Shown here one piece after another: positions 63,760 through 64,000 of a stretch of 64,000 nucleotides of DNA; position 1 is the first letter of the stretch, and each line of letters starts with the position of its first letter. A program made the translations under genes and the position numbers. Origin of the DNA: Candidatus Binatia bacterium. GTDB taxonomy: Bacteria; Desulfobacterota; Binatia; UBA9968; CAXXLF01. Location: the NCBI GenBank assembly GCA_963664015.2, contig CAXXLF010000002.1, positions 192,001 through 256,000 on the forward strand, written 5' to 3'. The notes beneath the pieces are model-generated. The model made no database searches, was not told the DNA's origin, and worked only from the letters and a program-made list of their open reading frames with translations.

Positions 63760-64000
63760 GTATACGAATTCGAGCGAATGAGGCTCAGCATCGATTCCAC
63801 TAGATCCTCATTGGTGCAACATCGTTTGAGGGAAGTGTAACGGGCGCCTCGGGACATCAGCCCCTCATAGTTTTCACCCAACATCTTTTTCATCCAATCC
63901 CCTTCGAGCCAACCGGGGCGACTGCGTTCACGCGCACCTCGAGTCCCAGTGCATTGGGCAGGGTCTTCATCAAATTGCCCAGGGCAGCCGTTGCTTGCTG
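63760..64000 (-). pseudogene. Degraded C-terminal part of an SDR oxidoreductase (partial at window end)
   Basis: Manual translation AALGNLMKTLPNALGLEVRVNAVAP, frameshift, GWLEGDWMKKMLG...TSLKRCCTNEDLVESMLSL. Confidence 0.6.

Noticed and set aside
1-64000. CRISPR array, tRNA, rRNA, prophage
   Set aside because: No regularly spaced direct repeats, cloverleaf or rRNA-like segments, or phage structural genes recognised by eye; a tRNAscan/Infernal run would be needed to exclude small RNAs

Overview
Bacterial chromosomal window. Gene content and style suggest a Deltaproteobacteria-like or Binatota-like organism (inference only). An intact housekeeping block (34.2-48.4 kb: pyrR, a pyrB-pyrI(Zn)-pyrR-like triple fusion, carA, carB, recG, alaC, hom, apgM, glpX) sits between accessory regions rich in catabolic and transport genes. 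These include a Rieske oxygenase, mhpDFE, amidohydrolases, an Opp-type ABC transporter, an EutA-like ATPase, and PqqC/CADD-like proteins paired with class II aldolases. Several accessory genes are decaying pseudogenes. Highlights: (1) a complete 3115-bp IS1595-family transposon (24-bp perfect TIRs, 8-bp TSD) carrying a P63C protein and a DNA methyltransferase-HNH fusion; (2) an ATCase fused to a PyrI zinc domain and a PyrR-like PRTase domain, downstream of a PyrR attenuator; (3) a squalene synthase-FPP synthase fusion; (4) two dispersed copies of a promoter plus attI-like module with no adjacent integrase, one followed by a gene cassette with a clear attC; (5) two PqqC/CADD-like plus class II aldolase modules. 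No rRNA, tRNA or CRISPR array was recognised.
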